A stretch of 64,000 nucleotides of DNA from Minutocellus sp. GHC0000111 (Eukaryota), in NCBI GenBank assembly GCA_977018835.1, contig OZ361256.1, positions 5,146,001 through 5,210,000 on the forward strand, read 5' to 3'. A model generated the notes under the pieces. It ran no database searches. It was not told the DNA's origin and worked only from the letters and a program-made list of their open reading frames with translations. The translations under genes and the position numbers were made by a program. This document shows, piece by piece, positions 10,805 through 21,601 of this stretch; within the stretch, counting starts at the first letter, position 1, and every line of letters starts with the position of its first letter.

Positions 10805-12337
10805 TTAGTAATCGAACTCATTGAAGGGAAGGGCGGCCCCGGCTTGTCGCCAACGCGAGTTTGCTCCGAAATTCAATTCAGACACCAATACGTCCACTCG
10901 GAGGTTTTGTCCCTTGGTCACAGACTCATTGCCAAAAGGGTCTAAAAATGATTTGCTCAGTTCCAACTGGCCTTTGAAAAAGTAGCACAGCAGCATGGTC
11001 GCTGGAATCGATAGAGTGCCCAGCTCTGGGTAAATAGCCAGCGGCGAAAGGATCACCAACGAATCTGTTAGGACCTGGAGCAATTGCATGTATGCCAAAG
11101 GCATTCTACCCGAAGTTTGGTCGCCAATTGTAAAGTATTCGGCCCTCAGCTGCGTAATCTGTCTCAAAATGTTTTCCTCCAAACCATTTCCACCGCGTAG
11201 TGCACCACTCTGCAGTCCGTGCATGACATGAAGCCCAACCCACTGAAGTAAAACATAGCAATACTGCGTTGGACTAAGGCCTGAGTTGAGAAGACTCTCT
11301 CGTTCTTCCTTTGTGATTTCGTCTGCTTTCACTAGCTCCTGCAATCCTTCGGGGCTTAATAATAATGGGCCGATTGCACGCTCTTCAATGTCATCGGCGT
11401 CCAGATCTTCGTTTGATGCGTCGACGACGCCATTGGCTCCCGTCGGTGTCGCAGCCCAAAAGAATGTATGCGAAAGCTTTACCATGTGTGTCACTTTGTC
11501 CACCACAACTTCTCCTCGGCTACTGTATCCACTGGTATTGCTATCGAACGCAAGAATCTTTGATGCATCACAATCCTCTCGCTCTGCTCCGACAGTGACC
11601 AACAGACAAATATCGTTGATGCGGCCTTGGATGGCGCGAGTTGTAAAGTAAACTGTCCTCCAATGTTTGTAAGCCTCGGCAGTAAAGAACGTCAGTAAAA
11701 ATGTGCAGAGTGTCAACATGTAGCTCCACAGCTTGTTAATGCCCTGCAGTTGCTGAATTATAGGGTCATCTGCTGGAGGTATTAATAGGACCGACCACGA
11801 TGATCCCGAAAGATTATGAACCGCCACATCCAACAATCCCGATGTCAGCCCAGCAATCAGGACCGGCACGATCACCAACTTCAACACTGTGCCTTGATAT
11901 TGCGACCAGAGCCACAAAGCGTCAGGTTCGTATTCTCGAATGATTGCCCTGTTGGCAGAGTCTGCTACTGCCCAATCTGTTAGCTCATTCAACTGTTTTT
12001 TTGACCAGCCAGGGAAGGATGGCCTGCCCTCATCAAGAGCTTCATCGAGTGCACCCTGGAGGGATCGCGACGATACCTTTGGCGCCGTAGAGAACAATCG
12101 CGTCGTTTTCGCCGCCGGGTCGAATGTGCGATGATTACTGTTACTCAAGATTGCTGCTGAAGAGAATGCCAATACATGGACTCCTCTCCCTGCTGCTGTC
12201 AATCCAAGCAATGTGCGATGATTATTGTTGGTCGAGATTGTTGCTGAAGAGAATGCATGCACTCCTCGGCTCCCTGCTGCTGCCAATGCAAGACATGATG
12301 CGACAGCTGGTGTGATGAGTGATAACAAGCCGCACAT
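10805..12337 (-). CDS. Bestrophin-like anion channel, predicted plastid-targeted
   Basis: TM segments, LLTFFTAEAYKHW...RAIQGR, PLAY and FLDPFG motifs. Signal peptide ending VHA-F followed by a Ser/Thr-rich transit-like region. Confidence 0.8.
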   Translation of the reverse strand: MCGLLSLITPAVASCLALAAAGSRGVHAFSSATISTNNNHRTLLGLTAAGRGVHVLAFSSAAILSNSNHRTFDPAAKTTRLFSTAPKVSSRSLQGALDEALDEGRPSFPGWSKKQLNELTDWAVADSANRAIIREYEPDALWLWSQYQGTVLKLVIVPVLIAGLTSGLLDVAVHNLSGSSWSVLLIPPADDPIIQQLQGINKLWSYMLTLCTFLLTFFTAEAYKHWRTVYFTTRAIQGRINDICLLVTVGAEREDCDASKILAFDSNTSGYSSRGEVVVDKVTHMVKLSHTFFWAATPTGANGVVDASNEDLDADDIEERAIGPLLLSPEGLQELVKADEITKEERESLLNSGLSPTQYCYVLLQWVGLHVMHGLQSGALRGGNGLEENILRQITQLRAEYFTIGDQTSGRMPLAYMQLLQVLTDSLVILSPLAIYPELGTLSIPATMLLCYFFKGQLELSKSFLDPFGNESVTKGQNLRVDVLVSELNFGANSRWRQAGAALPFNEFDY

Positions 12338-12615
12338 TTTACTGGTACTCAAATACTCAAAAATGCTTGAGTAGAGTGAGGGTGCTGTCTGCAGCAGTCA
12401 AGCAAGTGTCAGTGACAAGGCGGCCGCCCTCCAGTGCTACCGGAAGGGCTCAGCGGCGCTTTTCATTGCCTTGTCGCCATGCCATCGCCAGAGCGGGCGG
12501 AGGCAGAAATAAATGAGATGCCTCATTTCTGAATGACGTATTGCAGTGTCGCCAGCCAGATCTTTTCAATGATCATGGCTGCTGATGCCGCCAAGCTCAA
12601 AGCCCGCCGGCCAAG

Positions 12616-15600
12616 ATGAGTCAACCTTCTTCGTCACAGAGGCAACGGCGAATTGCAAGTCACACCAAGATGCTTCTATTATTGCTCTCTCTTGCCATTG
12701 CATCCTTGCCATCAGCTCTGGTGGGGGTTGGGGCTCAGCGGGTGGCGAATGAACAGATCTTTCACCAACAGGTGAGCTCAGCCCTTGATGCCGTCCGATC
12801 TCTCTTGGAATCGTCCAAATCACCTCGGCGCATCTTGGATCCATTGGATGTTGATCATCAATATAGCGACAAGTTCACTCTCGCAGAGTTTCTGGTCAAT
12901 GTTGCCGTCGCTGCGTCCGTCAACGCCCTTGATCGACTAGGCATCGACGAGGGAATGATGCTTCGCCTTCGCCAACAAGCCCAGGATGAGAACACCATCC
13001 AGCTTCGTTTCTCGGCAAATGAAACATGCTCCTTCGTCGAGAGGAAGGTAGTGGAAATCGCTGATCCTAGCCGGAAGGAGACGTATGAGACCACGGCAAC
13101 AGGTGATCCCCAAAAGGTAGAGGAAAGGACCACAACAACCAGAGCTGTGAGGGAAGTTATTGAATACCACTGGAGATTCAATGTGGCTTATCAAATGGCT
13201 GTCTTGACCGGATCTATCGATTCGATTGGACTCTTGTCTCGTACAGCAAGTGAGACTATTGTTGTGACGGGCAGTGAAAGGACGCCTTGCCAGCTGCAGT
13301 ATTCTCCGCCGAACATAGATGTCGATCTCGGTTGGATAGTGGAGCAGCTACACGTATCTGCTGATACTGGTGCAGAACACCTCACGAGTTCTTTTCGGAT
13401 CAATCGAGATGCGTCGTCGTGTTTGACCCCCAGAAGAAATGAGGAAGTAGAGCGAGCGATGAATTATTTCGATTCTCTGATGATATGGGCCAGGGGAGTT
13501 TCGCAGTACTTTCAGTTTCAACGTGTACATCGCATCATGCCATATCAAAGTGCGGCAAGGAGTTCAAAGAATGGCGACGTACAGGCGCAAGCCCATAACA
13601 TTGCGGATCTTTTTCGTTCGATTTCTGATGATAGAATATTTGTTCCCGTGCTTCCGCTCTTTCAAGAAGGTCCAAATCATAATGATACAAATCTGGGTCC
13701 AGACCTACCAGCTCCTGATATCGACAAGCTACTTCAGGAACAATGCACAACAATGGACTCAGCTTTGTCTATGGTTACAGAAAGGTTTCAACAGATTTCA
13801 GACAAATCAATTGCGTCTGCTTTGGAGGCAAGGGCGATTCTCATATCCAAGCATATAAATTCTCTAGCCGTGGCAGCACGAAATGCACTTTCTTACGTTG
13901 AAGACATGCTTCGGTCACAACTTGTTGCTGCCATCGGAAAAGAAATCTCAGCCAGAGACTTTGATGGGTTTATTGTCTCCTATTATCACAAATTATTTCG
14001 AGAAGATGTCGTTGCAGAGCCATTTGTTTATGCGGTGCGCCGTCCAAAGCACTATCCAGACGGTAGTTTGTCTATAGAATCTACAATTCCAGCGAATGAG
14101 TGGAGTAAAGCAGATGGCTTTGAACCGATCCTCACGTTTTCTCGAAAGATACAACCGGCGGTGGATGGTAGTGTTTTGAGCATACAGATGCCAAAAAATG
14201 CAGCAACAAAGATTCAACTCGAGGGCGATCAATATCTGCATGCTTGGGTCCGGCACGATATTGCTGGGACGGACGCACCAGCGCAAATCGTTGCAAGGGC
14301 TCGGCAATTCTCAAGCTTCCTTCTGGTTGTTGCCAACATTTCAGGATCGGGTACAATCCAACCAAATCGGCAATCATTGTCCAAAACAAAGATGAGGAAT
14401 TTATACCTTTGCTTTTGGAGCCGCTTCCAACACCAAAGGAATTTAAAGATGCGATTCAAAGCCTCTCGCCAGAGCAGAGAGAGTTTGCACAAGCATTTCG
14501 AGCGATGCAGCTTGAGTCCTCGGTTTTTGCCGTGGCTGTTATACAGCTGAAACCTCAACTAGAATTTATTCTTGGTCTTCCTCACGATGCTCTCGCCAAA
14601 GAGACAAGACTTACCCAAGACATATTGGAACTCTTCATCGATTACCAGATCAGTCCAGACCAGCTTTCATTCGACGGTTCAAAAGATGCGCTCGTTTCCG
14701 AAAAGCTGGCGAGAGTGAAGGAGAATGTTGATATCTTCCAAAAAATGGTCGACGAGAACAAAGAAAAGGCTCTTAACGAAGCTGAGAGACAATCTGATAT
14801 GAAAGCTGGAGGAAAGAAATATAATCGTGTCATGGAGTCGAGGTCAGTGGATGGGGTTGCTTGGGGTGATGATGAGCTGATGGACGATGTTGTCATGGCA
14901 GATGCAATGGAAAGCAATATGATGCGCACGGAGGCAGCTGTCCCTCCAAAAATGAAGCGACGTTCCTCCCCTCCAAAGAGAATGCTCATATCAACATCGG
15001 CTGAAGTGGACGGAATGGCAACTGCATCTGCGTCGGCATCAGCCTCGATAGATCATGTGGATCACCATCTCCGTGCAGAGCGTAGAGCGGAAGTAGTTAC
15101 GTCCTCCAAGACTCGTGCGACCGAAGGACTCGGCAACACAATTGACTTTTCTCAAATGGCCAAGGTACTTGATGCCGCCATCGATACCTTCGACATGGAC
15201 AATGTCCTCCGACCGACAAAAATATCAGTAACGGAAGAAACCAGTTGGGTGAAATATCATCAGAGGAGTCTCCTTTCTCCTCGAGAGAAGACCCAGCTTT
15301 CGAGTGATGACAAGAGACGCGAAAGGGACTCAGCGTTTGATCTACTCGATGCCTGGAGCAGAGGCGGTGCTCAGCCGATCCAATATTCCGAATTGCATGT
15401 CATTGTGGCTGCTACCCATCGGTTTGAACGGAGCATCATTGATACTGTCATTGAATCCAACATAAACCCAATCAACTCAGTTGAGAGATCGGCCTTGATA
15501 GTGGCTTCTACTCTCCATGATTTGCCTGTGACCGACTTATTGCTCGATGCAGGAGAGCAACGCCTCGCGTCTATCGAGGCACATTCGCCAGATCTCTTGG

Positions 15601-15689
15601 ACATGGGCAAACAACAGCGGGTCGATGGTGAGCAAGACGCATCCGGAACAATAATCGAACGCGAAGAAGTAGAGCCAGCGTTGCTGTAG
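12616..15689 (+). CDS. Hypothetical protein with signal peptide, split by a 1-nt frameshift near 14365
   Basis: ORFs 12616-14550 and 14244-15689 join as ...SGTIQP-KSAIIVQNKDE... if one A is added to the run at 14364-14366. Hydrophobic N-terminal segment MLLLLLSLAIASLPSALVG. Confidence 0.7.
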
Positions 15690-15759
15690 GGTCGGTAGCA
15701 GATGCTACAAGCCAAGTATTCATTTATTAGTCTTCGTCATTACTATAGTTATATTTCTT

Positions 15760-18700
15760 TTACACGCGGAGAAGCCATTTGTTCAGATCTAAAAGCTCGA
15801 GCCAAGGCATTGATTGGAAGCCACCAGCCGTGTAATACTGGGCAAATTTGTCAAAATCGATTGGGCCGTCCTTGATCTTATCAGTAGCCACCTTGACCGC
15901 AAATTGTGACCCGGCTTCGATCACATTTTGGATAGAGACAGTATCATCGCCGAAACTAGCACCACCTCGCATTTGCACTATCGAGGCTTCTCTGTGATCA
16001 TCCTCGAGGGTAGGGCTCGTCGTCACTCGGACAAGGACAGTCAAAAATGATTTAAGATACAAGGTCATGTCGGCATGGCTGAGCTTGCCATCGTTGTCGA
16101 CATCGACCAGATCAAAGGCCAATTCGAGCTTATCGCTCTTCCGACCGTTGCACAACACTGTAATACCAGCAGCAACCTCCAAGGCGCTGACTTTGTCCCT
16201 TTTCTTCGCATCGAATGTTGTGAACACCGTAGACAAGAGTTCCATTACCTGCCTTTTCGTCTCGGGCTTCGTAGGAGTCTTGCTCAAGGCAAGAACCCCC
16301 TCCATTGCCGCATTGAACTGTTGCCTATTGAGGGTTGGTGGCCCGGACCTCGGCTTAGAGGCATGTTCCATTACTCGCGAGCTCGCGGCCCCGCCATCAA
16401 TCCTGCACAAACCACTGTCAATGACGAGCTCCCGGAGGTGTCGGACGCGACGCTGGCTAATGGATACAGTGTATCCACCGTGGGGGCCGGCAGCAAGGAG
16501 ATTGTATTTGAGTGACTGTTGCGAGTGTACATGATGCGAGTGCGGAGGGGGCGGTCTCATCATCATCATTTGTTGGTTGCTAGGAGGCATCGATCCAGGC
16601 GGGAAGGACATCGGGTGCGGGTGCTGATTTTGGCGCTGGTGTGACGGGCCAGCCACCGGTGCAGGTCGCTTTAATTGCCGTTGCTGATGGGGTGCCGAGT
16701 GTTGTTGTTGCACCGGTACTCTTGCTGGAGCGCCACCGCTGGGTGTGGGAGGTGCCGGGGCAGCAGTACTGGTAGCTGGTGGTGGTGCAGTCCTCCTTTC
16801 AGTGGCAGCTGTAGCTCCATCACGAGACTTGGAACTACCAGAAATTCTTGGCGCTGGCAGATTCTTGGGGGGAGGTGGCTTACTAGCACCGATATTCTCT
16901 TTCTCCCTGGCAGTTGAGGGCCCACCGGCGCTACCGCTGTTACCCATAATGTTAGCAGCAGCAACGCCTGGAACGGGAGCGGTGCTCTCACCAAAGAGAT
17001 CGAAGTCATCGTCCATATTCATGTCGAATATATCATCAAGGAAATCATCTGCACCGCCGGCAGCTAGGATATCGTCAACGCCACCGCCACCGGCCTTCTT
17101 GTGCAGTACCTGGCGCTGTTGAGGTGGCGAAGAACGGGGAGGAAGGGGCTTCTCCTCGGCATACACCCACTTCTTCAGATCCAAAAGCTCCAACCACGGA
17201 GCGGTCTCGAAGCCACCCTCGTTGTACCATTCGCCAAATTCGTCAAAGTTCACCCGATCCTGCTTCTTACGGTCCCACTGAAATTTCATCACATCCTGGG
17301 AAATGACGTGCGCGGTGTCATAGATATAGCGGCTCACTTCCTCGGCACTGAGGTCGAGACTTTGCTTGCAACACGAAAACATCACAATGAGGAACGATCG
17401 GAGGAAGAGGAAAAGCTCTTTCCCATCCAGCGACTTGGGGGGCATGGGAGTTTCGTCCTTCTTGCCCTTTCCCTTCTTCTTCGACTTGGCGCCAGTGGTG
17501 GTATCAGGGCGGCCATCAAAGAGGCCGAATGCAAAGGCCAGCTTCATGCTCTTCTTACCGCCGCATAGAAGAATCAGGCCGCCCATGAGCTCATTGACAG
17601 CCACTCGGTCAACCTGGTGCATATCAAAGCTGAGGAAGAAGTTCTTGAGAGTGTCCTTGGCTGAGATGCTATCGGCAGTTTTTGGACCCTTCTTGATCTT
17701 GTTCTTCCTTCTCGTTGCCTTCATTATCTTGTCCATCGAGGCAACGAAGGTCGCTTGGTCCACGTCCGATGCCTTGCCGACTCCACTCTTGTGTTTGCGA
17801 GATAAAAACTCGGGCAAGGCCGGGAGCGGCTTCTTTTTGACATGTCCATAGAGTGAATTCCACAACTGCTCGGGTGTCATGGCAGAAAGACAAAGCTCGG
17901 TTACCACGGACTTGACGTAAGTGGCATCCTCTCGAAGAACGACCAGGGACTGATGATTGGCCAAAGGGAAGGTAAACATAATGCCCGCGTGTGGCTGATG
18001 ATCGCCAGGCGAAGGATAGGGTCTCTTCGGAGGCGCACGGTTGGTGTTAATGAGAGAGAGGAACTTGGTCAAGTCCAATAGCTCCAGCCACGGCGCGATA
18101 GTATAGCCACCATCGGTATACCACTGCGCAAAGTCCTCAAAGGTCGCCATCATCATGTCTTCCCTGATCGCCTTGTTTGCCCTGGCAGGGCCACCAGCCC
18201 TTCTTTGCTCCAGAGCATTGATAAACTGGTCCTTCGTCCATTGCGAGCCATTTTCAACGGCAACAAACATATCCGATCGCATTTGCTCGCGGAGCATGCG
18301 GCTTGTTGCGGCGGTCTGCTCGGCAGATTCGCTCAAAAGGGAAATACCCACAAGCATGGTCAAGTATGAGCGCAGATACCGAGATAGGCCGATGGAGCAC
18401 AAATGCCCGGTCTTGGCATCATCCAGGAGCTCAAACGCAGTTGCTAGCTTGGTACTCTTATTCCCGGCACAGAGGAAGGAGAAGCCAACGGCTACTTCCT
18501 TGGCATCGACCAGCCCTTTGCCAAGTGCCGAGCAGCTGTTGTCAAAGCAAGAGAAGAAATTCATAAAGAGATTCGTGTACGTGCCCATCTCGGCGGGGTC
18601 CAGTGCTGATGGAGCGATGTCGGCAAGGCAGCGTCCGAAGGTCTCCTGGCGCAGCAGCACACCGGCACCGGTTTGGTTGGGCTCGGCGTGACGCAAGAGG

Positions 18701-20415
18701 ATGGCCGATACATCGTCCGGGCTCATTCCCGACAGGCCCGTCCTGGTTACAAGATCCTTCAACATGCGCAGGTTGCCCTCCGTAATCCGAATCTGGAAGG
18801 GCTGAGCCGAATGCATGGCACCGGTAAAATCGAAGGAGACGACGGTCCTGGCAGATCGCGGTGAAGGCTGGGCTGGCTGTCGGGGAACGGCGGCACCCTC
18901 GAGGAATACATTGGGCGTCATGGGACCGAGGCCCATCATGTCCTCGCCACCGACCCCGGCGGCGGCTTCTTCGGCGATGACGCCCATGAGAGGGTCGGAA
19001 GCGTGCGCAGCGGCGACCGCCTCCCTCCTTTGCGCGTAACGGCTAGACTTGGCCGCTGCGGCGGCTGCGGCCCGGCCAGCGTAGTCCCACTTGGCCAGGT
19101 CGAGCAGCTCTATCCAGGGGATGAGCTTGAAGCCACCGGAGTTGTACCAGTCACCAAAGGCCTCGAAGGAAACGCCGCCGTCTGCATCCACTGCTTCTGA
19201 GGTAGACGTGCTCCGGATGTGGTCGGCAAGTCGGTCGGTGGCAAACTTGGCAATCTCGGCGATCTCGTCCTTGGCATCGTCCATCTGCCAGGGGTAGTCG
19301 GCCCCGGAGTTGGCGGACGTGACGGCGGAGTGCGGAGATGCACTACCAGTGCTCTTGGCGGCCTTGGAGGGCGGGGTGCTGGAGACGGCATCGGGCTTGG
19401 GTGCTGTTGTCGACGCTGGTACAGATGCTCCGGCCTCGATCCCTTCCTTCCTGTGGATGCAGATAGAGATGGACGTGAGGAAGGATCGAAGTAGGGCCGA
19501 GACGGTACCGTAGGAAAGAGGGCCCGGAACGACAATCTCGTCGTCACCGTCACTAGCCCCGTCGCTGCAGTCCATGGCGTCGCCCTTGCCGTTCTCTTGG
19601 CTGGAAGGAGCGTTGGCCCCATCTCCTCCCCCAAGAATGACAAAAGCGGACACCAGCTTGCCAGACTTGTCCATGTCCAGGAAGAGGAGGAGACGGGCCT
19701 CCATCTCGGCCTGGGAAACACCGTCCGCCCTCATCTGCTTGAGGTAGGACTGGATGAAGGAATCGGTGCATCGCTCGGCGGCTGGTACCAATAGAATGTG
19801 CAGAGGGGGCGTCTTCTTCGTCGACGTGGAGCTGCTGGTGTGGCCGCTGCTATTATTGTTGGCACGGCCAGGAGAAAAGGAGGGCTTCGTCCGCACCCCC
19901 TCGTCGTTGGATTCCTCCATCGGACTGGGACTGCGCGCCTGTGGCTCCTGAGGCTGCTGCTGTTCCGAAGCGGTACCGCCGGCAGTGGCACCACCAGCCT
20001 TTGAAGCTCCCTTGGCCGGTTGCTTCTTCTTTGCCTCGGACATGACGGTATCTGCAGCAGCCGCTCGTCCCGTCGACCCATCAGCAGTGCTGGTGCTGTT
20101 GACTTTGTCCGTGGCAGCAGCACTCCTCTCCTCCTGGATGGTCCGCAGAGCCTCATTGAAGGAGCGGCTGGCATCGAGCATCCGTGCCGCGTCGGCCTGG
20201 CTAATGGACAGCTTGATCTGGGTGGGCGCTTGGCCGGCTCCTGATTCTTCGTTGCTATTGTTGGTTCCCGCAGCGGTCGACGGGTGGCCGCGGAGAGCAG
20301 TATTCCCATCGCTGCCCCCCGTCGACATGGCGGCCGTGACGGCCGTCCCCTTGGTGGCCGGGGTGTCCAACATCATGGGATCGGTGCCGGAGGCTCTCGC
20401 AATGGCGGCCGACAT
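15760..20415 (-). CDS. Large EF-hand protein with four repeated calcium-sensor-like modules, 1551 aa
   Basis: EF loops DMDKSGKL, DDAKTGHL and DVDNDGKLS. Three LCxGxKSxKLxxAF segments and four copies of F.xF..[WY]Y..GG....PW[LI]ELLDL.K[WF]. Confidence 0.85.
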   Translation of the reverse strand: MSAAIARASGTDPMMLDTPATKGTAVTAAMSTGGSDGNTALRGHPSTAAGTNNSNEESGAGQAPTQIKLSISQADAARMLDASRSFNEALRTIQEERSAAATDKVNSTSTADGSTGRAAAADTVMSEAKKKQPAKGASKAGGATAGGTASEQQQPQEPQARSPSPMEESNDEGVRTKPSFSPGRANNNSSGHTSSSTSTKKTPPLHILLVPAAERCTDSFIQSYLKQMRADGVSQAEMEARLLLFLDMDKSGKLVSAFVILGGGDGANAPSSQENGKGDAMDCSDGASDGDDEIVVPGPLSYGTVSALLRSFLTSISICIHRKEGIEAGASVPASTTAPKPDAVSSTPPSKAAKSTGSASPHSAVTSANSGADYPWQMDDAKDEIAEIAKFATDRLADHIRSTSTSEAVDADGGVSFEAFGDWYNSGGFKLIPWIELLDLAKWDYAGRAAAAAAAKSSRYAQRREAVAAAHASDPLMGVIAEEAAAGVGGEDMMGLGPMTPNVFLEGAAVPRQPAQPSPRSARTVVSFDFTGAMHSAQPFQIRITEGNLRMLKDLVTRTGLSGMSPDDVSAILLRHAEPNQTGAGVLLRQETFGRCLADIAPSALDPAEMGTYTNLFMNFFSCFDNSCSALGKGLVDAKEVAVGFSFLCAGNKSTKLATAFELLDDAKTGHLCSIGLSRYLRSYLTMLVGISLLSESAEQTAATSRMLREQMRSDMFVAVENGSQWTKDQFINALEQRRAGGPARANKAIREDMMMATFEDFAQWYTDGGYTIAPWLELLDLTKFLSLINTNRAPPKRPYPSPGDHQPHAGIMFTFPLANHQSLVVLREDATYVKSVVTELCLSAMTPEQLWNSLYGHVKKKPLPALPEFLSRKHKSGVGKASDVDQATFVASMDKIMKATRRKNKIKKGPKTADSISAKDTLKNFFLSFDMHQVDRVAVNELMGGLILLCGGKKSMKLAFAFGLFDGRPDTTTGAKSKKKGKGKKDETPMPPKSLDGKELFLFLRSFLIVMFSCCKQSLDLSAEEVSRYIYDTAHVISQDVMKFQWDRKKQDRVNFDEFGEWYNEGGFETAPWLELLDLKKWVYAEEKPLPPRSSPPQQRQVLHKKAGGGGVDDILAAGGADDFLDDIFDMNMDDDFDLFGESTAPVPGVAAANIMGNSGSAGGPSTAREKENIGASKPPPPKNLPAPRISGSSKSRDGATAATERRTAPPPATSTAAPAPPTPSGGAPARVPVQQQHSAPHQQRQLKRPAPVAGPSHQRQNQHPHPMSFPPGSMPPSNQQMMMMRPPPPHSHHVHSQQSLKYNLLAAGPHGGYTVSISQRRVRHLRELVIDSGLCRIDGGAASSRVMEHASKPRSGPPTLNRQQFNAAMEGVLALSKTPTKPETKRQVMELLSTVFTTFDAKKRDKVSALEVAAGITVLCNGRKSDKLELAFDLVDVDNDGKLSHADMTLYLKSFLTVLVRVTTSPTLEDDHREASIVQMRGGASFGDDTVSIQNVIEAGSQFAVKVATDKIKDGPIDFDKFAQYYTAGGFQSMPWLELLDLNKWLLRV

Positions 20416-21278
20416 GTGTCAATTCCGTCTTGGTTCCGTCTTGACCTCCAACGAGAATCGAAAACCAGCGAATTCTTGGCCAGGCGAAAGCACAGCACGA
20501 GAGATACCGGGAATTTTGAGAGGAAGAATGGAACGAATGAATGCGGCCGGAAGAATAGACCAATCGCAAAGAACAACGATGTGAGAATTATGTTCTGGTG
20601 CGGCCGCGTGTCTGTGTGATACACGTGTTCTTTCCTCAGCTGGAATCAGATACCACAAGCCCACTAATCGCTGCGTGTTTTGTTGGGTTTGGGCTGGAAC
20701 CGTGTTGTACTCCGTCGGATACTGCCGAGGTACAATTAGAAATGCCGAGTGTGTGGCCACGGCAGAAGCAAGTCCCCTGACGACCAACCGCTTCTCCAAC
20801 CGTCCGGCCTTCAGGGGAGCAAAGAACATCCGCTGCGCCGGCCCAGCCACCGTCCACCCTTCCAAGGGACTTACCGTTCTTGGCAACGAGCCAAACAAGG
20901 ATGCTCCAAAAAACCCTCAAGTCTGACACGAGATGGGGAGGGTCGGATGTGCCGATCGATAATTCGGTCGAAGATACCCTCGCTTCAGCAAACGCAACCC
21001 GACGATGCGACGGCCCTAACGCTTATTGACGGGTATCCGAAGTAATTTGCCTGGTGCGTGGTGGTTCCGTGCTCGAGATACGCACGCAAAGAGCGGCAAC
21101 GATTTTGAAAGGGAATGGGAAATGGGGCCAGAAATGTAACGACATAAAGTCTGCCTCGCCACTTCCGGGTCCCGTGTGAGTCGGAATTAAAAGTTTCTTC
21201 ATGACATCATCTCGAAGGTTGTGAGAAAGGGAGACGAGAAAAAGGGGGGGCGGGGAAGATAGACTCTCTATCTACGTA

Positions 21279-21455
21279 CAGTCCGTTCTCACCTATAAGC
21301 AATTGAGACTCGGGCCCGAGGTCTCAAATTGCTTATTTTGGAATAAGGAATAACATGCGAATGAGGTACCAATTAGCTCTTAGAATAAGCAATATGCTCA
21401 GAATCTCAGCCCTCACCTAAGCAATTACCAATTGCTTATAGGTGAGAACGGACTG
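21279..21455. mobile_element. Tc1/pogo-type MITE, 177 bp
   Basis: Perfect 27-bp TIR cagtccgttctcacctataagcaattg (21279-21305 / 21429-21455). TA at 21277-78 and 21456-57. Internal palindrome at about 21295-21336. Confidence 0.93.
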
Positions 21456-21601
21456 TAGTACCGGTAGCTAGATGTGATGATAGGAATTCCTAGTGATGAT
21501 ACCATGACGGGCCGAGGAATCTTACCGAGAATTACCGTCTACGGTAGGAATGTCAATATTCGATCTACAGTACACAGGGGCTCAATCTACAAATGTCATT
21601 T

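Noticed and set aside
14244..14550. Programmed ribosomal frameshifting at the overlapping ORFs (also 38115 and 57495)
   Set aside because: No consistent slippery-site plus structure signal; single-base indels in short runs explain all cases.
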